Source: Escherichia coli (GTDB lineage Bacteria; Pseudomonadota; Gammaproteobacteria; Enterobacterales; Enterobacteriaceae). Taken from it: a stretch of DNA of 291 nucleotides. Position numbers and translations under genes: made by a program. A model generated the notes under the pieces. That model was not told the DNA's origin and ran no database searches. It was given only the letters and a program-made list of their open reading frames with translations. This document shows, piece after piece, positions 1-291 of the stretch. The stretch lies in NCBI RefSeq assembly GCF_003334255.1, contig NZ_QOWU01000272.1; one strand, 5' to 3'. Positions within the stretch are counted from its first letter, which is position 1. The number at the start of each line of letters is the position of its first letter.

Positions 1-1
1 G

Positions 2-193
2 TGCAGTGCCCTGGGAGTGGATGTCGGGTGCCATGCCACGCTGGTGCATTTTCCGGCCTGGCCGGCGGTGTGGCTGGCGCGTAATGATGACACCGGCTTT
101 CAGCAAGTGCTGGAACGTGCTGACTATCTGGCGAAGGAGCATACCAAAGCTCACTGCACCGGTGAGCGCAATTTTGGCTGTAGCCGGAGTTGA
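2..193 (+). CDS. 3' end of a protein-coding gene (63 C-terminal codons plus TGA stop); 5' part lies upstream of the window; product not identified
   Basis: Frame +2 is open from the window edge to TGA at 191-193. Translation: CSALGVDVGCHATLVHFPAWPAVWLARNDDTGFQQVLERADYLAKEHTKAHCTGERNFGCSRS*. Codon usage is typical of enterobacterial genes: all 5 Leu codons are CTG, both Pro are CCG, 3 of 4 Arg are CGT/CGC, and about 40 of 63 codons end in G or C. Amino-acid composition is unremarkable, unlike the overlapping frame +3. No start codon or RBS can be assessed because the 5' end is outside the window. Confidence 0.6.
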   Translation, partial: CSALGVDVGCHATLVHFPAWPAVWLARNDDTGFQQVLERADYLAKEHTKAHCTGERNFGCSRS

Positions 194-200
194 GCACGAC

Positions 201-210
201 TGGCGCGCCA
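201..210. repeat. Perfect 10-bp palindrome TGGCGCGCCA (contains GGCGCGCC) 8 bp downstream of the stop codon
   Basis: Read directly: positions 201-210 are identical to their own reverse complement. Biological role unknown. Confidence 0.5.
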
Positions 211-291
211 ATATCCGGCAAACCAAAAGTATGGGTTGTTGTCTGGCGGCAACGATGTATCCACTCGCCCACTGACTGTTTTTTACGTCAG

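Noticed and set aside
2-193. Assigning the protein fragment to a specific enzyme family (for example a peptidase or amidohydrolase) from the GVDVGCH...LVH motifs
   Set aside because: Any resemblance I could recall from memory is vague and rests on a few residues. Without a database search, naming a family would be a guess.
236-255. Possible hairpin TTGTTG / CAACGA with an 8-nt loop
   Set aside because: A weak AT-rich 6-bp stem including a G-U pair, with no following U-tract. Not convincing as a terminator or structured RNA element.
6-275. Track ORF in frame +3 (89 aa, GTG start) as a real protein-coding gene
   Set aside because: Its Trp/Cys/Arg-rich composition and rare codons (CGG, AGG, CGA, ATA) are typical of an out-of-frame read of a GC-rich gene. 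Frame +2 over the same DNA has much better coding character.
231-275. Mini-ORF ATG..TGA encoding MGCCLAATMYPLAH (14 aa)
   Set aside because: No Shine-Dalgarno-like sequence upstream (the preceding bases are AACCAAAAGT). It is simply the tail of the frame +3 shadow ORF, and I know of no leader or toxin peptide it resembles.
279-284. T6 run as the U-tract of a rho-independent terminator
   Set aside because: No GC-rich stem-loop lies directly upstream; the only pairing partner places the T-run inside a loop.
1-290. Reverse-strand frames open across the whole window, one ending at a stop complementary to 288-290
   Set aside because: These are antisense frames of the frame +2 gene. Their translations are rich in His, Cys and Pro, or use rare codons (AGA, ATA, CGG, CTT, TTG), and show no start codon context. 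Open antisense frames are expected opposite a gene with high third-position GC.
194-291. Sigma70 promoter (-35/-10), REP-like repeat, tRNA/sRNA, IS end or CRISPR repeat in the 3' flank
   Set aside because: No hexamer pair with proper spacing resembles TTGACA/TATAAT on either strand, and the region does not match REP sequences as I recall them. I see no tRNA-like structure and no repeated spacer-repeat organisation. 98 bp is too short to support any of these calls.

Overview
This 291-bp window (about 58% GC by my hand count) is best explained as the 3' end of one protein-coding gene on the + strand, followed by about 98 bp of non-coding sequence. The gene reads in frame +2, is open from the window edge, and stops at TGA 191-193; its codon usage looks enterobacterial, but I cannot identify the product from the 63 C-terminal residues. 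The supplied ORF (6..275, frame +3) is most likely a shadow frame overlapping the real one, not a gene. The 3' flank has no convincing intrinsic terminator, promoter, RNA gene, REP-like repeat, mobile-element end or CRISPR repeat. It does contain a perfect 10-bp GC-rich palindrome (201-210) and a short inverted repeat around a T6 run at the window edge (272-291). I see no evidence in this window for a novel multi-gene system; the window is too short and lacks the upstream and downstream context needed to judge one.
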